Shown in pieces: positions 12,301 through 25,085 of a DNA stretch of 64,000 bases. The DNA is taken from NCBI GenBank assembly GCA_043228905.1, contig JBHGNT010000011.1, forward strand, positions 5,270,001 to 5,334,000, given 5' to 3'. The DNA comes from Azolla caroliniana. Taxonomy: Eukaryota > Plantae > Polypodiophyta. The notes under the pieces were generated by a model that made no database searches, had not been told where the DNA came from, and worked only from the letters and a program-made list of their open reading frames with translations. A program made the position numbers and the translations under genes. Each line of letters starts with the position of its first letter. The first letter of the stretch is position 1.

Positions 12301-14594
12301 TGGATTGCGATTGTAAGCGACAACATCCTTTTTGCGTATTCTGCAAAAAGAAGGGTCACACAAAAGAGCAATGTCGAAAGCTCCAACGGAAAGAGCACGA
12401 CAACAAAGCTAAAACTGCAAACCATAAAGGTCAGATTCCTAATGTCCTTGAGGTCTATACACATCATTTAAGTAATTGTCAATGTTCTTTCCCTCACTAT
12501 GTATTGGGTCCCAATGATTTACTACGTGCAAACGGGTATATCAATGGATCTCCTGTACAATTTTTATTTGATTCGGAAAGCTCACACAATTTTGTGAATG
12601 ATCATTTGGTTTAGATATGGGGAATCCAACCCACCATAAGTGATCACACCTACACGGTGCCCTTGGCTGATGGAAGAGTACAATACATCAACGGGGCGAT
12701 TCATTAATTAGGAATTTCTATTGATACTTATATAGAGGAAGTAGACTTCCATGTAATGAATCTTGGTACCACCGATGTAATACGGGGTTATCCCTAGTTA
12801 TATAGTAAAAACTCTTCTTTATTTATTGATTGGGTTCGTCATTCCATTTCTTTTGTACTGAACGATTGTACGCATTTTATTCAATGTATCAAAAAACAAT
12901 CCCTCTCGATTGTTTCCTCGTGTTCATCAAAATCCGAGTTGTCTTGTTCTACGTTATTTTATTGTGTACTTGATTCGGACATTCATGTTTACAATATCGA
13001 TAATGTCCCGGTTCAATTAACATATTTTGAACAACAACAACTTGATGAAATCTTAAATGATTTTCATGATGTTTTTCCAAGTGAGCTACCTGATGGGTTA
13101 CCTCCTAAACGAAATATAGACCATCGTATAGATATTGTACCTGGTGTTGCACCAATAAGTATACCTCTGTATCGCTTAAGTCAGTCCGAAGAAGATGAGG
13201 TATCTAAGCAACTCAAGGACTATTTACGAATGGGTTATATACGTTATAGTAAATCTCCATGGGGTGCACCAATTCTCTTAGTAAAAAAGAAAGAGGGCAC
13301 ATGGCGTATGTGTATTAATTACCGACGCTTGAATAAAGTGATGATCAAGAATTCGTACCCATTGCCTCGGGCTGACGATCTAATTGACTGTCTCCAGGGA
13401 GCTCGGTATTTTACGAAACTTGATCTCCGTACTGGCTACCATCAAATACGAATAAGTGAGGACGATGTTCTTAAAACGGCATTTCGTACTCGCTATGGCC
13501 ATGTTACGAGTTTTTGGTTATGCCTTTTGGTTTTACCAATGCTCCGACTACTTTTCAACAAGAAATGAATGACATTTTCCGAGAACAACTTGGAAAATTT
13601 GTTGTTATTTTCTTGGATGATATTTTAGTTTATAGCCGTACATTAAAAGAACATGCTAGACATGTCCACTTTGTTTTACAAACATTGCGTGACAAACAGT
13701 TTTATGCGAAGATCTCAAAATGTGAGTTCTTCAAGAAATCAATTACTTATCTAGGACATCTCATAACCGAACGAGGAGTTGAAATTGATCCTTCTCGCAT
13801 TGAGAAAATCAAGCTTTGGCCCACTCTTTGGAATATTTGAGAAGTTTGATCATTCCTTGGTTTTGTCGGGTTTTTGCGAAAGTCTCTTCGTAATTACTCC
13901 CAATTGACGATGCCGTTTACTGATCTTTTAAAAGGTCAAACGCGTAAGTCTACAAAACCTATTGTGTGGAATGCTACACTAAACCTCGCCTTTAAGGAAC
14001 TCAAGGACCTGGTTTGCAAGGCTCCTTCACTTCTTTTACCTGATCCTTCAAAACCTTTTGAGGTTGAAACCGATGCAAGCGATTATGCTATAGATGCTTT
14101 CTTGTATCAAGATGGTAAACCAATAGCATTTGAGAGTAAGAAACTTGATTCTACTCAATGTCGGTATACAGTTCAAGAAACAGAATTATTTGTAGTTATA
14201 CATGCGCTCAAAACATGGCACCATTATCTTTATGGAAATCGCTTTGTGGTAACTACGGACCACAAGTCCTTGAAATATTTTTGTGACCAACAAGACCTGA
14301 AAGGTCGGAAGGCACGATGGGCTGATCTCATCCAGGACTTAGATTTTTCCATACGATATCGTAAAGGTTCCATGAACACTTTCGTTGATGCACTAAGTCG
14401 CATCCGTGAAGTTAACATGCTTAGCTTCACTAAAATAACATCAGATCTTTATGATCACCTTCGAGGAAAGTATCTTGATGACAGTTATTTTGCAAAATAT
14501 TGGGCAAGAGTTGAGTCTGGAACAGACACCACCACATCCTCGAAGGAATACTTCCACATTGCTAACGGTTTGCTCTACCATAATGGGAAGGTTT
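9369..14594 (+). mobile_element. Ty3/Gypsy (chromovirus-type) element: 5' LTR 9369-~9823, PBS 9826-9837, long leader, gag-PR-RT-RH; truncated at the integrase start
   Basis: TG start and TATAAATA. PBS TGGTATCAGAGC (tRNA-iMet). Gag from ~11496 with CCHC knuckle CVFCKKKGHTKEQC, protease FLFDSES, RT SPWGAP...FLDDILVYS, RNase H ETDASD...TDHKSL. Several stops and frameshifts. Confidence 0.92.
10075..10340 (+). repeat. Five-unit array of GAGGT-N4-ACCTC hairpins, period 55-62 bp
   Basis: Cores at 10087, 10143, 10199 (degenerate), 10254 and 10316, each preceded by a CGTATGCGTA-like sequence. Confidence 0.85.
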
Positions 14595-14659
14595 TGTTGG
14601 GAGACAGGTCCCTCCGGATGGGAAGGAAGAAGAACAGTGCCGACGAACAAACTCCGAAA

Positions 14660-14935
14660 CGGTATGAGGAGTACCCGGCTACGGAGAGCCAGATGATACA
14701 GACCCGGTGAAGACCGGATGAGGAGTACCCGGCTACGGAGAGCCGGATGATACAGTCCCGGTGAAGACCGGATTAGGAGTACCCGGCTACGGAGAGCCGG
14801 ATGATACAGTCCCGATGGAGACCAGATCAGGAGTACTTGGCTACGGAGAGCCGGATGATACAGGCCCGGTATGAACCGAATGAGGAGTACCCGGCTACGG
14901 AGAGCCGGATGGTGCAGAACCGGTGAGAACCGGAG
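14660..14935 (+). repeat. 5 x 54-bp tandem repeat in the 5' LTR U3
   Basis: Unit CCGGATGAGGAGTACCCGGCTACGGAGAGCCGGATGATACAGACCCGGTGAAGA. Confidence 0.95.
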
Positions 14936-16260
14936 GAAGAGACATATTCGTAAATATGTTTCTGAGAGCCCATCGAGGCTATATTTGTAAATAGCCGAAA
15001 AGTCATATTAGTATAAATATGACTTAGGGCAAACTTTTAGTTGTTGTTGTCATTCTTCCTTGTTGGTGCAAGAAGAAGAGAGAGCAAGTAATAGTGTACA
15101 GAGAGAGAGAGAGAGAGAAAGAGGTCGTTGCCTCTGTTGTAACCGCCGCGTGTGGCGAAGATCTGTGAGCACGAGGTCGTTGCCTCAGTGAACTCACTGT
15201 TGTACATTCTCACATAGTGACAGTTTGCAGCCTGTGGGCTGCCGTGGTTTTTCCCTCTTTGGGTTTTCCACGTAAACCTCCTGTGTATCTTCCTCTCCTT
15301 TGTGTCGTGTTTTATTTCCCGTTTTCGGTGTATCATTCTACGCTCGGTTGTGGCCGAGCGTCGCGCATAAGGAACGTCGGGTTCCTATCAAGTGGTATCA
15401 GAGCGAAATCGACACAGAAAATGGACGAATCATTTGGCGGCATGTTCAAGCTCACCGGCTCCAACTATTCAGTATGGAAGTCGAAGATGAGGGACATGCT
15501 CGTTGTTAAAGACCTCTGGTTGGCGGTTCAGTTTGGGGACAAGAGACCGGACAAAATCGACGCCACGATATGGGAGGTAATGCACATGAAGACAACGGCG
15601 TACATATAGTGCTTCATCGACATGAGCCTGTACAACAACTTCAATGAAGAGAGCAAGGCCCATGAGCTCTGGGAGAAGATCGGCATAATGTTTCAGAACA
15701 AAAATGTTGTCAATCAGGTGTCGGTATTCCGGAAGCTAGTAAGACTCCGGTACCAAGATGGCTCCAGCATGGCGGAGCATATGAATGCCTTCCAGGGGCT
15801 GATACACCAGGCAACTTCATTGGAAGTACCTCTTGCCGATGAGGTACTAGCGCTACTCCTACTCGGTTCCCTCCCGGATAGTTGGGAGACGTTGGTTGTC
15901 ACTTTGGGCAACGCCGGGCCGGAAGGAAAACGGTTATCCCTAGCAAGAGTAAAGTCGAGCTTGCTAGATGAGGAGGCGCGTCAGAAAGACAAAGATGCGA
16001 GCTCCGACTTGGAACGCGGAAGACATAGAAACCGTAGTCCCCAGAACCGGTAGAAGTCGGGGACATGGTCAAAGTCAAGGGGGAGGCCTATTTGCTACTA
16101 TTGCGGCAAGCCGGGACACTTCCAAAAGAACTGTCGGCATTTCCGTAAAGACAAGGAAACCAACGGTACCGATTCGAAGCAAACCCCGGACCATAACGGT
16201 AAAGACCGGAAGGGGCCGGACCGGAAGGGAACGACGGCAATCGCGGCAAGTGAAGAAGAG

Positions 16261-19200
16261 TTGATGCTCACCACCGAGGAGAGTGAAATAAACCTTGCCG
16301 ACGACGAGATGACCTGGGTGGTAGACTCCGGAGCATCGTTCCACCTTACCCCGGACCGGAAATGCTTCTCATCCTACTCAGACGGTGACCACGGCTGTGT
16401 CCGGATGGGGAACGAAGGAACATGCCGAATTGTCGGCATAGGAGACGTGTGGCTGTCAACACCAACCGGATGCAAGTTGCTGCTGAAGGATGTCCGACAC
16501 GTTCCGGAAGTTTGTCTGAACCTGATATCAGCCGGTCGGCTAGATGATGAAGGTTACACGGGTAGCATCCGAAACAGTGTCATGAAGTTCAGCAAAGGGA
16601 GCCTGATTGTGGCTCGGGCCAGGAAGGTAAACACACTGTACCTGATGAATGCCCGGTTATGCCCGGAAGAAGTGAACGTGGCATCCGACACTACCGGTGA
16701 GCTGTGGCACAAGAGGATGTGTCACATGAGTGAGAAGGGGATGAAGAGGCTTGCAGACGACAACCTCATTCCAGTGAAGAACGTGCACTTAGAGAAGTGC
16801 ACTGATTGTCTGGCCGGTAAGCAGAACCGGACATCCTTCCGACCAAGGCCACTGATGAGACGTATTGCACCACTGGAGTTGGTGCATACAGATGTGTGTC
16901 AAGTAGACACGAAGTCACATGCCGGAGCGCAGTACTTCGTGACGTTCATACATGACCACAGTCGGAAGCTGTGGGCCACACCGTTGAAGACGAAGGATCA
17001 GGTGTTATCCGTCTTCAAAGAGCTCTACGCGAGAGTGGAAAGAGAAACCGGCCGGAAGTTCAAGGCGGTTCGAGCAGATAACGGAGGAGAATACCGGGGG
17101 CAGTTCGAGGAGTACTGCCGCTCGAAGGGAATCCGGCTCGAATTTACCGTGCCGAAGACGCCGGAACTAAACGGACTGGCCGAGAGGATGAACCGGACCA
17201 TAATGGAGAGGGTTCGGAGTATGCTAGCGCATGCAAAACTACCCAAGAAGTTTTGGGCTGAGGCACTGTCGACGGCGACATACGTGATAAATAGATCACC
17301 CTCAGTACCCTTGGACGAAGACACGCCACAGAGATTGTGGACCAGTAAGGAAGTATCCTACCGGCATCTGAAGGTGTTCGGGTGTCTCGCGTACGTGCAT
17401 GTAGATAAGGACCGGAGAGGAAAGCTAGATCCAAAAACCCGGCCATGCATATTCCTCGGTTACGGTGACGATGAGTTCGGCTACCGAGTGTGGGACCCGG
17501 TCGACAAGAAGGTATTCCGGAGTCGAGATATTATCTTCATGGAGGACAAGACGCTCGCCGACTGGGAGTCGGAGAAGAAGATAATGAACTCCGAGTCGAC
17601 AGGGAAGGATCGACTCTACGATGAGCAGACCCAACTGGCGAGAGACCGGTTAGCACTCGAGGAACCAGCCAGTTACGGTGAGAATACCGAACCGGCAGAA
17701 GAAGAAGTAGAGGAAGCTGAGACCAGAACCGGCCAAGACCCCGAATCGGATTCGGATGAAGAGCAAATGGAGGAGCCGGTTACCGAAGCCCGAAGACGTA
17801 GATATCCTCTCAGAGAGAGAAGGGCACCCCAGAGATTTCCGGATGCAGATCATGTTCTGCTGACCGATGAGGGGGAGCCGGAAAGTTTCGAAGAAGCGAA
17901 GGAAGACACCCACAGCCGAAAATGGTTAAGTGCCATGCAGGATGAGATGGATTCCCTGCATGAGAACCATATGTACGAATTGGTGGAGCTGCCGAAAGGA
18001 AAGCGGGCACTCCGAAACAAGTGGGTGTACAAGTTGAAACCAGGAGATGCCGGTAACCCCCCGAGATACAAAGCCAGGATCGTGGTGAAGGGGTTCCAGC
18101 AAAAGAAGGGCGTGGACTTCGACGAGATATTTGCCCTGGTAGTAAAGATGACCTCCATCCGGACGGTCCTGAGTATAGCAGCAAGGATGGACCTCGAGGT
18201 AGAGCAGCTGGACGTGAAGACGGCATTCCTTCACGGCGACCTCGAAGAGGAGATCTACATGAAGCAACCGGAAGGATTTGTGGAGAAAGGGAAGGAGCAC
18301 CTGGTATGCCAGTTGAAGAAGAGCCTGTACGGACTGAAGCAGGCTCCCCGGAAATGGTACCGGAAGTTCGACTCCTTCATGACCGATCAAGGGTACCACA
18401 AGACGCAGGCTGATCACTGCGTGTTTGTGAAGAAGTTCGAAGGAGGGGACTTCCTGATACTCCTCCTGTACGTGGATGACATGTTGATCATCGGACGAGA
18501 CCAAGTAAAAATACGGATGCTGAAGAAGGCTCTCAACCGGACCTTCTCAATGAAAGACTTGGTTCCAGCAAGACAGATGCTGGGGATGCACATCATCCGG
18601 AACCGGTCAGCAAAGCAATTATGGCTGTCACAGGAGAAGTATGTGACAAAGGTGCTTCACCGGTTCAACATGTCAGAAGCGAAGCCGGTCGGATCAGCAC
18701 TTCCGGCAAACTGCAAGCTATCCGGCAAGCAAAGCCCGAAGACGAAGGCAGAGAAGGCGGAAATGATGAAGATCCCATATGCCTCTGCCGTCGGGAGCTT
18801 GATGTACGCAATGGTGTGTACCCGACCGGATATAGGATACGCAGTCGGGGTGGTGAGTCGGTTTATGAGCAATCCCGACAAGGAGCACTGGAACGCGGTC
18901 AAATGGATACTCCGGTATTTGAAGGGCACTTCAAATATGTGTCTCCGATTCGGCTCCGGAAAACCTCAACTGGACGGTTTCACCGATGCGGACATGTTGG
19001 CTGATGTTGATACCAGCCAGTCTACATCCGGGTATGTGATGACATATGCAGGGGGAGCTGTTTCGTGTCAGTCGAGGCTGCAGAAGACGGTTGCATTGTC
19101 AACCACAGAGGTGGAGTACATGGTGGCTGTGGAAGCCGGCAAGGCAATATTATGGATGAAGGACTTCATCGGAGAGCTCGGTATACGGCAAGAGGAATAC

Positions 19201-19800
19201 CGACTCTATTGCGACAGTCAAAGTGCTATCCACCTTGCTAAGAATGCGGCCTACCATTCCCGGACGAAGCATATCCAGCGGAGGTATCACTGGATCCGGG
19301 AAAGAGTAGATGACCAGGTGTTCGCACTAATGAACTCCAAGTCGACAGGGAAGGATCGACCCTACGATGAGCAGACCCAACCGGCGAGAGACCGGTTAGC
19401 ACTCAAGGAACCAGCCAGTTACGGTGAGAATACCGAACCGGCAGAAGAAGAAGTAGAGGAAGCTAAGACCAGAACCGGCCAAGACCCCGAATCGGATTCG
19501 GATGAAGAGCAAATGGAGGAGCCGGTTACCGAAGCCCGAAGACGTAGATATCCTCTCAGAGAGAGAAGGGCGCCCCAGAGATTTCCGGATGCAGATCATG
19601 TTCTGCTGACCAATGAGGGGGAGCCGGAAAGTTTCGAAGAAGCGAAGGAAGACACCCACAGCCGAAAATGGTTAAGTGTCATGCAGGATGAGATGGATTC
19701 CCTGCATGAGAACCATATGTACGAATTGGTGGAGCTGCCGAAAGACAACGGCGTACATACGGTGCTTCATCGACATGAGCCTGTACAACAACTCCAATGA
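16261..19800 (+). CDS. Copia pol polyprotein (PR-IN-RT-RNase H) with a duplicated linker appended in frame
   Basis: 1179-aa ORF carrying all Copia pol motifs in Copia order. Confidence 0.85.
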   Translation: MMLTTEESEINLADDEMTWVVDSGASFHLTPDRKCFSSYSDGDHGCVRMGNEGTCRIVGIGDVWLSTPTGCKLLLKDVRHVPEVCLNLISAGRLDDEGYTGSIRNSVMKFSKGSLIVARARKVNTLYLMNARLCPEEVNVASDTTGELWHKRMCHMSEKGMKRLADDNLIPVKNVHLEKCTDCLAGKQNRTSFRPRPLMRRIAPLELVHTDVCQVDTKSHAGAQYFVTFIHDHSRKLWATPLKTKDQVLSVFKELYARVERETGRKFKAVRADNGGEYRGQFEEYCRSKGIRLEFTVPKTPELNGLAERMNRTIMERVRSMLAHAKLPKKFWAEALSTATYVINRSPSVPLDEDTPQRLWTSKEVSYRHLKVFGCLAYVHVDKDRRGKLDPKTRPCIFLGYGDDEFGYRVWDPVDKKVFRSRDIIFMEDKTLADWESEKKIMNSESTGKDRLYDEQTQLARDRLALEEPASYGENTEPAEEEVEEAETRTGQDPESDSDEEQMEEPVTEARRRRYPLRERRAPQRFPDADHVLLTDEGEPESFEEAKEDTHSRKWLSAMQDEMDSLHENHMYELVELPKGKRALRNKWVYKLKPGDAGNPPRYKARIVVKGFQQKKGVDFDEIFALVVKMTSIRTVLSIAARMDLEVEQLDVKTAFLHGDLEEEIYMKQPEGFVEKGKEHLVCQLKKSLYGLKQAPRKWYRKFDSFMTDQGYHKTQADHCVFVKKFEGGDFLILLLYVDDMLIIGRDQVKIRMLKKALNRTFSMKDLVPARQMLGMHIIRNRSAKQLWLSQEKYVTKVLHRFNMSEAKPVGSALPANCKLSGKQSPKTKAEKAEMMKIPYASAVGSLMYAMVCTRPDIGYAVGVVSRFMSNPDKEHWNAVKWILRYLKGTSNMCLRFGSGKPQLDGFTDADMLADVDTSQSTSGYVMTYAGGAVSCQSRLQKTVALSTTEVEYMVAVEAGKAILWMKDFIGELGIRQEEYRLYCDSQSAIHLAKNAAYHSRTKHIQRRYHWIRERVDDQVFALMNSKSTGKDRPYDEQTQPARDRLALKEPASYGENTEPAEEEVEEAKTRTGQDPESDSDEEQMEEPVTEARRRRYPLRERRAPQRFPDADHVLLTNEGEPESFEEAKEDTHSRKWLSVMQDEMDSLHENHMYELVELPKDNGVHTVLHRHEPVQQLQ

Positions 19801-22800
19801 AGAGAGCAAGGCTCATGAGCTCTGGGAGAAGATCGGCATAATGTTTTAGAACAAAAATATTGTTAATCAGGTGTCGGTGATCCCGGCTGTGTCCGGATGG
19901 GGAATGAAGGGACATGCCGAATTGTCGGCATAGGAGACGTGTGGCTGTCGACACCAACCGGATGCAAGTTGCTGCTGAGGGATGTCCGACACGTTCCGGA
20001 GGTTCGACTGAACCTGATATCAGTCAGTCGGCTAGATGATGAGGGCTACACGGGTAGCTTCCGGAACGGTGTCATGAAGTTCAGCAAAGGGAGCCTGATT
20101 GTGGCTCGGGCCCGGAAGGTAAACACACTGTACCTGATGAATGCCCGGTTATGCCCGGAAGAAGTGAACGTGGTTTCCGACACTGCCGGTGAGCTGTGGC
20201 ACAAGAGGTTGTGTCATATGAGTGAGAAGGGGATGAAGAGGCTTGTAGACGACAACCTCATTCCAGTGAAGAACGTGCACTTAGAGAAGTGCCCTGATTG
20301 TCTTGCCGGTAAGCAGAACCGGACCTCCTTCCGACCAAGGCCACCGATGAGACGTAACGCACCACTGGAGTTGGTGCATACGGATGTGTGTCAAGTAGAC
20401 ACGAAGTCACATGCCAGAGCTCAGTAATTCGTGACATTCATAGATGACCACAGCCGGAAGCTGTGGGCCACACCGTTGAAGACGAAGGATCAGGTGTTAT
20501 CCATCTTCAAAGAGCTCTACGTGAGAGTGGAAAGAGAAACCGGCCGGAAGCTGAAGGCGGTTCAAGCAGATAACGGAGGAGAATACCAGGGACAGTTCGA
20601 GGAGTACTGCCGCTCGAAGGGAATCCGGCTCGAATTTACTGTGCCGAAGATGCCGGAACTAAACGGACTGGCCGAGAGGATGAACCAGACCATAATGGAG
20701 AGGGTCCGGAGTATGCTAGCACATGCAAAACTACCCAAGAAGTTTTGGGCTGAGGCACTGTCGACGGCGACATATGTGATTAATAGATCACCCTCAGTAC
20801 CCTTGGACGGAGAGGGAAGTGTCCTACCGGCATCTGAAGGTGTTCGGGTGTCTCGCGTACATGCATGTAGCTAAGGACCGGAGAGGAAAGTTAGATCCAA
20901 AGACCCGGCCATGCATATTCATCAGTTACGGTGATGATGAGCTCGGCTACCGAGTGTGGGACCTGATCGACAAGAAGGTATTCCGGAGTCGAGATATTAT
21001 CTTCATGGAGAACAAGACGCTCTCCGACTGGGAGTCGGAGAAGAAGAAAATGAACTCCGAGTCGACCGGTAAGGATCGACTCTACGATGAGCAGACCCAA
21101 CCAGCAAGAGACCGGTTAGCACTCGAGGGACCAACTAGTTACGGTGAGGATACCGAACAGGCTGAAAAAGAAGGAGATGAAGCTGAAACCGGAACCGGCC
21201 AAGACCTAGAATCAGATTCGGATGAAGAGCAAGTGGAGGAGCCGGTTACCGAAGCCCGAAAACGGAGATATCCTTTTAGAGAAAGAAGGGCCCCCCGGAG
21301 ATATCCGGATGCAGAGCATGTTCTGCTGACCGATGAGGGGGAGCCGGAAAGCTTCGAAGAAGCGAAGGAAGACACCCACAACCGAAAATGGTTAAGTGCC
21401 ATGCAGGATGAGATGGATTCCCTGCATGAGAACCATACGCACGAATTGGTGGAGTTGCCGAAAGGAATGCGGGCACTCCGAAACAAGTGGGTGTACAAGT
21501 TGAAACCAGGAGATGCCGGCAACCCCCCGAGATTCAAAGCCAGGATCGTGGTGAAGGGGTTCCAACAGAAAAAGGGCGTGGACTTTGACGAGATATTTGC
21601 CTCGGTTGTAAAGATGACCTCCATTCGGATGGTGTTGAGTATAGTGGCAAGCATGGACCTTAAGGTAGAGCAGTTGGACGTGAAGACGGCATTTCTCCAC
21701 GGTGACCTCGAAGAGGAGAGCTACATGCAGCAACCGGAAGGATTTGTGGAGAAAGGGAAGGAGCACCTGGTATGCCGGCTGAAGAAGAGCATGTACGGAC
21801 TAAAGCAGGCTCCCCGGCAATGGTACCGAAAGTTCGATTCCTTCATGACCGATCAAGGGTACCACAAGACGCAGGCCGATCACTGCGTGTTTGTGAAGAA
21901 GTTCGAAGGAGGCGATTTCCTAATACTCCTTCTGTACGTGGACGACATGTTGATCGTCGGACGGGACCAAGTCAAAATACGGATGCTGAAGAAGGATCTC
22001 AACCGGACCTTCTCAATGAAAGACTTGGGTCTGGCAAGATAGATGTTGGGGATGCACATCATTCGGGACAAGTCAGCGAAGCAATTATGGCTGTCACAGG
22101 AGAAGTACGTGACAAAGGCGCTTCACCGGTTCAACATGTCAGATGCGAAACTAGTCGGATCGACACTTCCGGCAAACTGCAAGCTATCCGGTAAGCAAAG
22201 CCCGAGGACGAAAGCAGAGAAGGCGGATATGATGAAGATTCTATATGCCTCTGTTGTCAAGAGCTTGATGTATGCAATGGTTTTTACCCGACCAGATATA
22301 GGATACGTAGTCGGAGTGGTGAGCCGGTTTATAAGCAATCCCGGCAAGGAGCACTGGAACACGGTCAAATGGATACTCTGATATTTGAAGGGCAGTTCAA
22401 ATATGTGTCTCCGATTCGGCTCCGGAAAACCTCAACTGGACAGTTTCACCGATTCGGACATGTCGGCTGATGTGGATAGCAGCCGGTCTACATCCGGGTA
22501 TGTAATGACATATGCAGGGGGAGCTGTTTCGTGGCAGTCGAGGCTGCAGAAGACGGTTGCATTGTCAACCACGGAAGCGGAGTACATGGCGGCTGTGGAA
22601 GCCGACAAGGAAATATTATGGATGAAGGACTTCATCGGAGAGCTCGGTATCCAGCAAGAGGAATACCGACTCTATTGCGACAGTCAAAGTGCCATCCACC
22701 TTGCTAAGAATGCGGCCTACCATTCTCGGACGAAGCATATCCAGCAGAGGTATCACTGGATCCGGGAAACAGTAGATGACCAGGAGTTCGCACTGACGAA

Positions 22801-22963
22801 GATCCACACGGCCGAGAACGGGTCAGATATGCTGACCAAAGTGTTCACACCCGACAAGCTAGACGCATGCCGGAAGAGGATCGGACTGGGAAGACACCCC
22901 ATGCCGGAGTGAAGGGGGAGTTTGTTGGGAGATAGGTCCCTCCGGATGGGAAGGGAGAAGAAA

Positions 22964-23188
22964 CCGGATGAGGAGTACCCGGCTACGGAGAGCCGGATGG
23001 TGCAGACCCGGTATGAACCGGATGAGGAGTACCCGACTACGGAGAGCTGGATGGTGCAGACTCTGTATGAACCGGATGAGGAGTACCCGGCTACGGAGAG
23101 CCGGATGGTGCAGATCCGGTATGAACCGGATGAGGAGTACCCAGCTACGGAGAGCCGGATGGTGCAGACCCGGTGAGAACCGGATGAA
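22964..23188 (+). repeat. 4 x 54-bp tandem repeat in the 3' LTR U3
   Basis: Unit CCGGATGAGGAGTACCCGGCTACGGAGAGCCGGATGGTGCAGACCCGGTATGAA. Confidence 0.95.
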
Positions 23189-23646
23189 GAGACATATTCG
23201 TAAATATGTTTCTGAGAGTCCATCGAGGCTATATTTGTAAATAGCCGAAAAGTCATATTAGTATAAATATGATTTAGGTCAAACTTTTAGTAACTGTTGT
23301 TGTTATTATTTCTTGTCTGCGTGAGATCAGAGCGCGTAACAGTGTACAGAGAGAGAGAGAGAGAAAGAGGTTGTTGCCTCTGTTGTAACCTCCGCCTGTG
23401 GTGAAGATCGTGAGCACGAGGTCGTTGCCTTCGTGAACTCATTGGTGTACATACTAACCTAGTCATAGTTTGCAGCCTGTGGGCTGCCGTGGTTTTTTTT
23501 TTTCTCCTAGTTTGGGGTTTTCCACGTTAAACATCCTGCGTACTCTTCTCTTCCATTGTGTCGTTCTTTATTTCCCGTTTTTTGTGTATGATCCTAAGCT
23601 CGGTTGTGGCCGAGCGTTGCGTATAGGGAGCGTTGAGTTCCCGACA

Positions 23647-25085
23647 GTCTTCTCTTGCATGAAGACAATGTCGCAGCTCCTAATCACCTTCTTCTCGGCT
23701 AAGTCCCATACCCGATAGCCGAACTCATCATCGCCATAACCGAGAAATATGCATGGCCGAGATTTCGGGTCTAATTTCCCCCTCTAGTCCTTTGTCACAT
23801 GCACAAAAGCCAGACAACCAAACACCCTCAAATGTCGGTATGACACATCTTTGCTGCTCCACACCTGTTGTGGAATATCATTGTCCAAGGGTACTGAGGG
23901 TGATCGGTTTATCCCATATGTTGTTGTCATTAGTGCCTCAGCCCAGAACGTTTTCAGTAATTTCGCATGTGTAAGCATGCTTCAGACTCTCTCCATTATG
24001 GTCCAATTCATTCTCTTGGCCAACCCATTCAGCTTTGGCATTTTTTGCATGGTATATTCAAGCCAGATTCCTTCTTTACGGCAATATTCTTCGAACAGTC
24101 CGCGGTACTCTCCGCCATTGTCTGCTCGGACTGCCTTCAACTTACGGTCGGTTTCTCTCTCGGCCCTCGCTCGGAACTCTTTGAAGCTGGATAACACTTG
24201 ATCCTTTGTCTTAAGCACGGAAGCCCACAACTTCCAGCTATAGTCGTCTATAAAGGTCACGAAATATTGTGAACCACTACGCAACTTTGTGTCCACGTAG
24301 CATACATCCGTATGCACGAGTTCCATCAGTATTTTCTTCCTCATTAGGGGTCTTGTTCTGAAGGATGTTCAATTTTCCTTACCGGCCAAGCAATCAGTGC
24401 ATTTCTCAAGTTGCACGTTCTTCACCTCCGGAATGAGGTTATCCTCAGCAAGCTTCTGCATCTCCTTTTGGCTCATGTGGCAGAACCTCCTGTGCCACAG
24501 TTCACCGACTGTTTTGGCTACCATATTCATTTACCCACGGCATAATCGAGCATTCATTACGTACAGTGTGTTGGTTTTCCGTGCTGGAGACACGATTAGG
24601 CTCCCCTTGCAGAACTTCATGACACCATTCCGGATGCTACCCATGTAGCCTTCATCATCCAGCCGACCGACTGATATCAGGTTCAATCGAACCTCTAGAA
24701 CGTGTCAAACATCTCTCAACACAAGTCTGCAGCCAGTTGAGGTCACCAAACACACGTCTCCAATGCCAACGATTCGGCATGGTCCTTCATTTCCCATCTT
24801 TACGGATCCGAGATCATCGTCCATGTATGATGAGAAGCATTTCTGGTCAGGGGTTAGGTGAAATGATGCACCCGAATTGACCATCCATGTCGATTCATCG
24901 CCGACAAGGTTCACTTCGTTCTGCTCGCTAATGAGCAACAACTCTTCCTCACTTGTCACAATCATAGAGGTGTTCCTGGTTTCCGAATTTTTTTTGGTTG
25001 CACACCATCATCAATTCTTCATTGAAATTGTTGAAGGAGAGTCTCTGTCCGAGAGTCGGATCGACATCGGAAATAGTGTTGCTGT
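23647..25085 (-). mobile_element. Fragment of a family B Copia (gag remnant, protease, integrase)
   Basis: SFNNFNEE, WMVNSGASFHLTPD, ELVHTDVC, ADNGGEY and FWAEAL, homologous to ORF 16261. Confidence 0.88.

Larger units (their letters stand above)
14595..23646 (+). mobile_element. Chimeric Tnt1/Tork-like Copia (family B) with two pol regions; LTRs 14595-15390 and 22923-23646
   Basis: TG..CA LTRs and PBS TGGTATCAGAGC at 15393. Gag 15421-16260 with CYYCGKPGHFQKNC knuckle. Pol ORF 16261-19800 (DSGAS, HHCC, DDE, YVDD). Second pol 19897-22912 and PPT at 22910-22922. Flanks GGTTT/GTCTT give no TSD. Confidence 0.93.

Noticed and set aside
14660-14935. 54-bp repeats as a CRISPR array or a repeat protein (EPDEEYPATESRMVQTRY)
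   Set aside because: Units are contiguous with no unique spacers, lie inside LTRs, and the frame is stopped in the 5' LTR; no cas genes and a eukaryotic context.
17025-23256. Numerous antisense and overlapping ORFs
   Set aside because: Shadow ORFs of GC-rich Copia pol with no recognisable domains.
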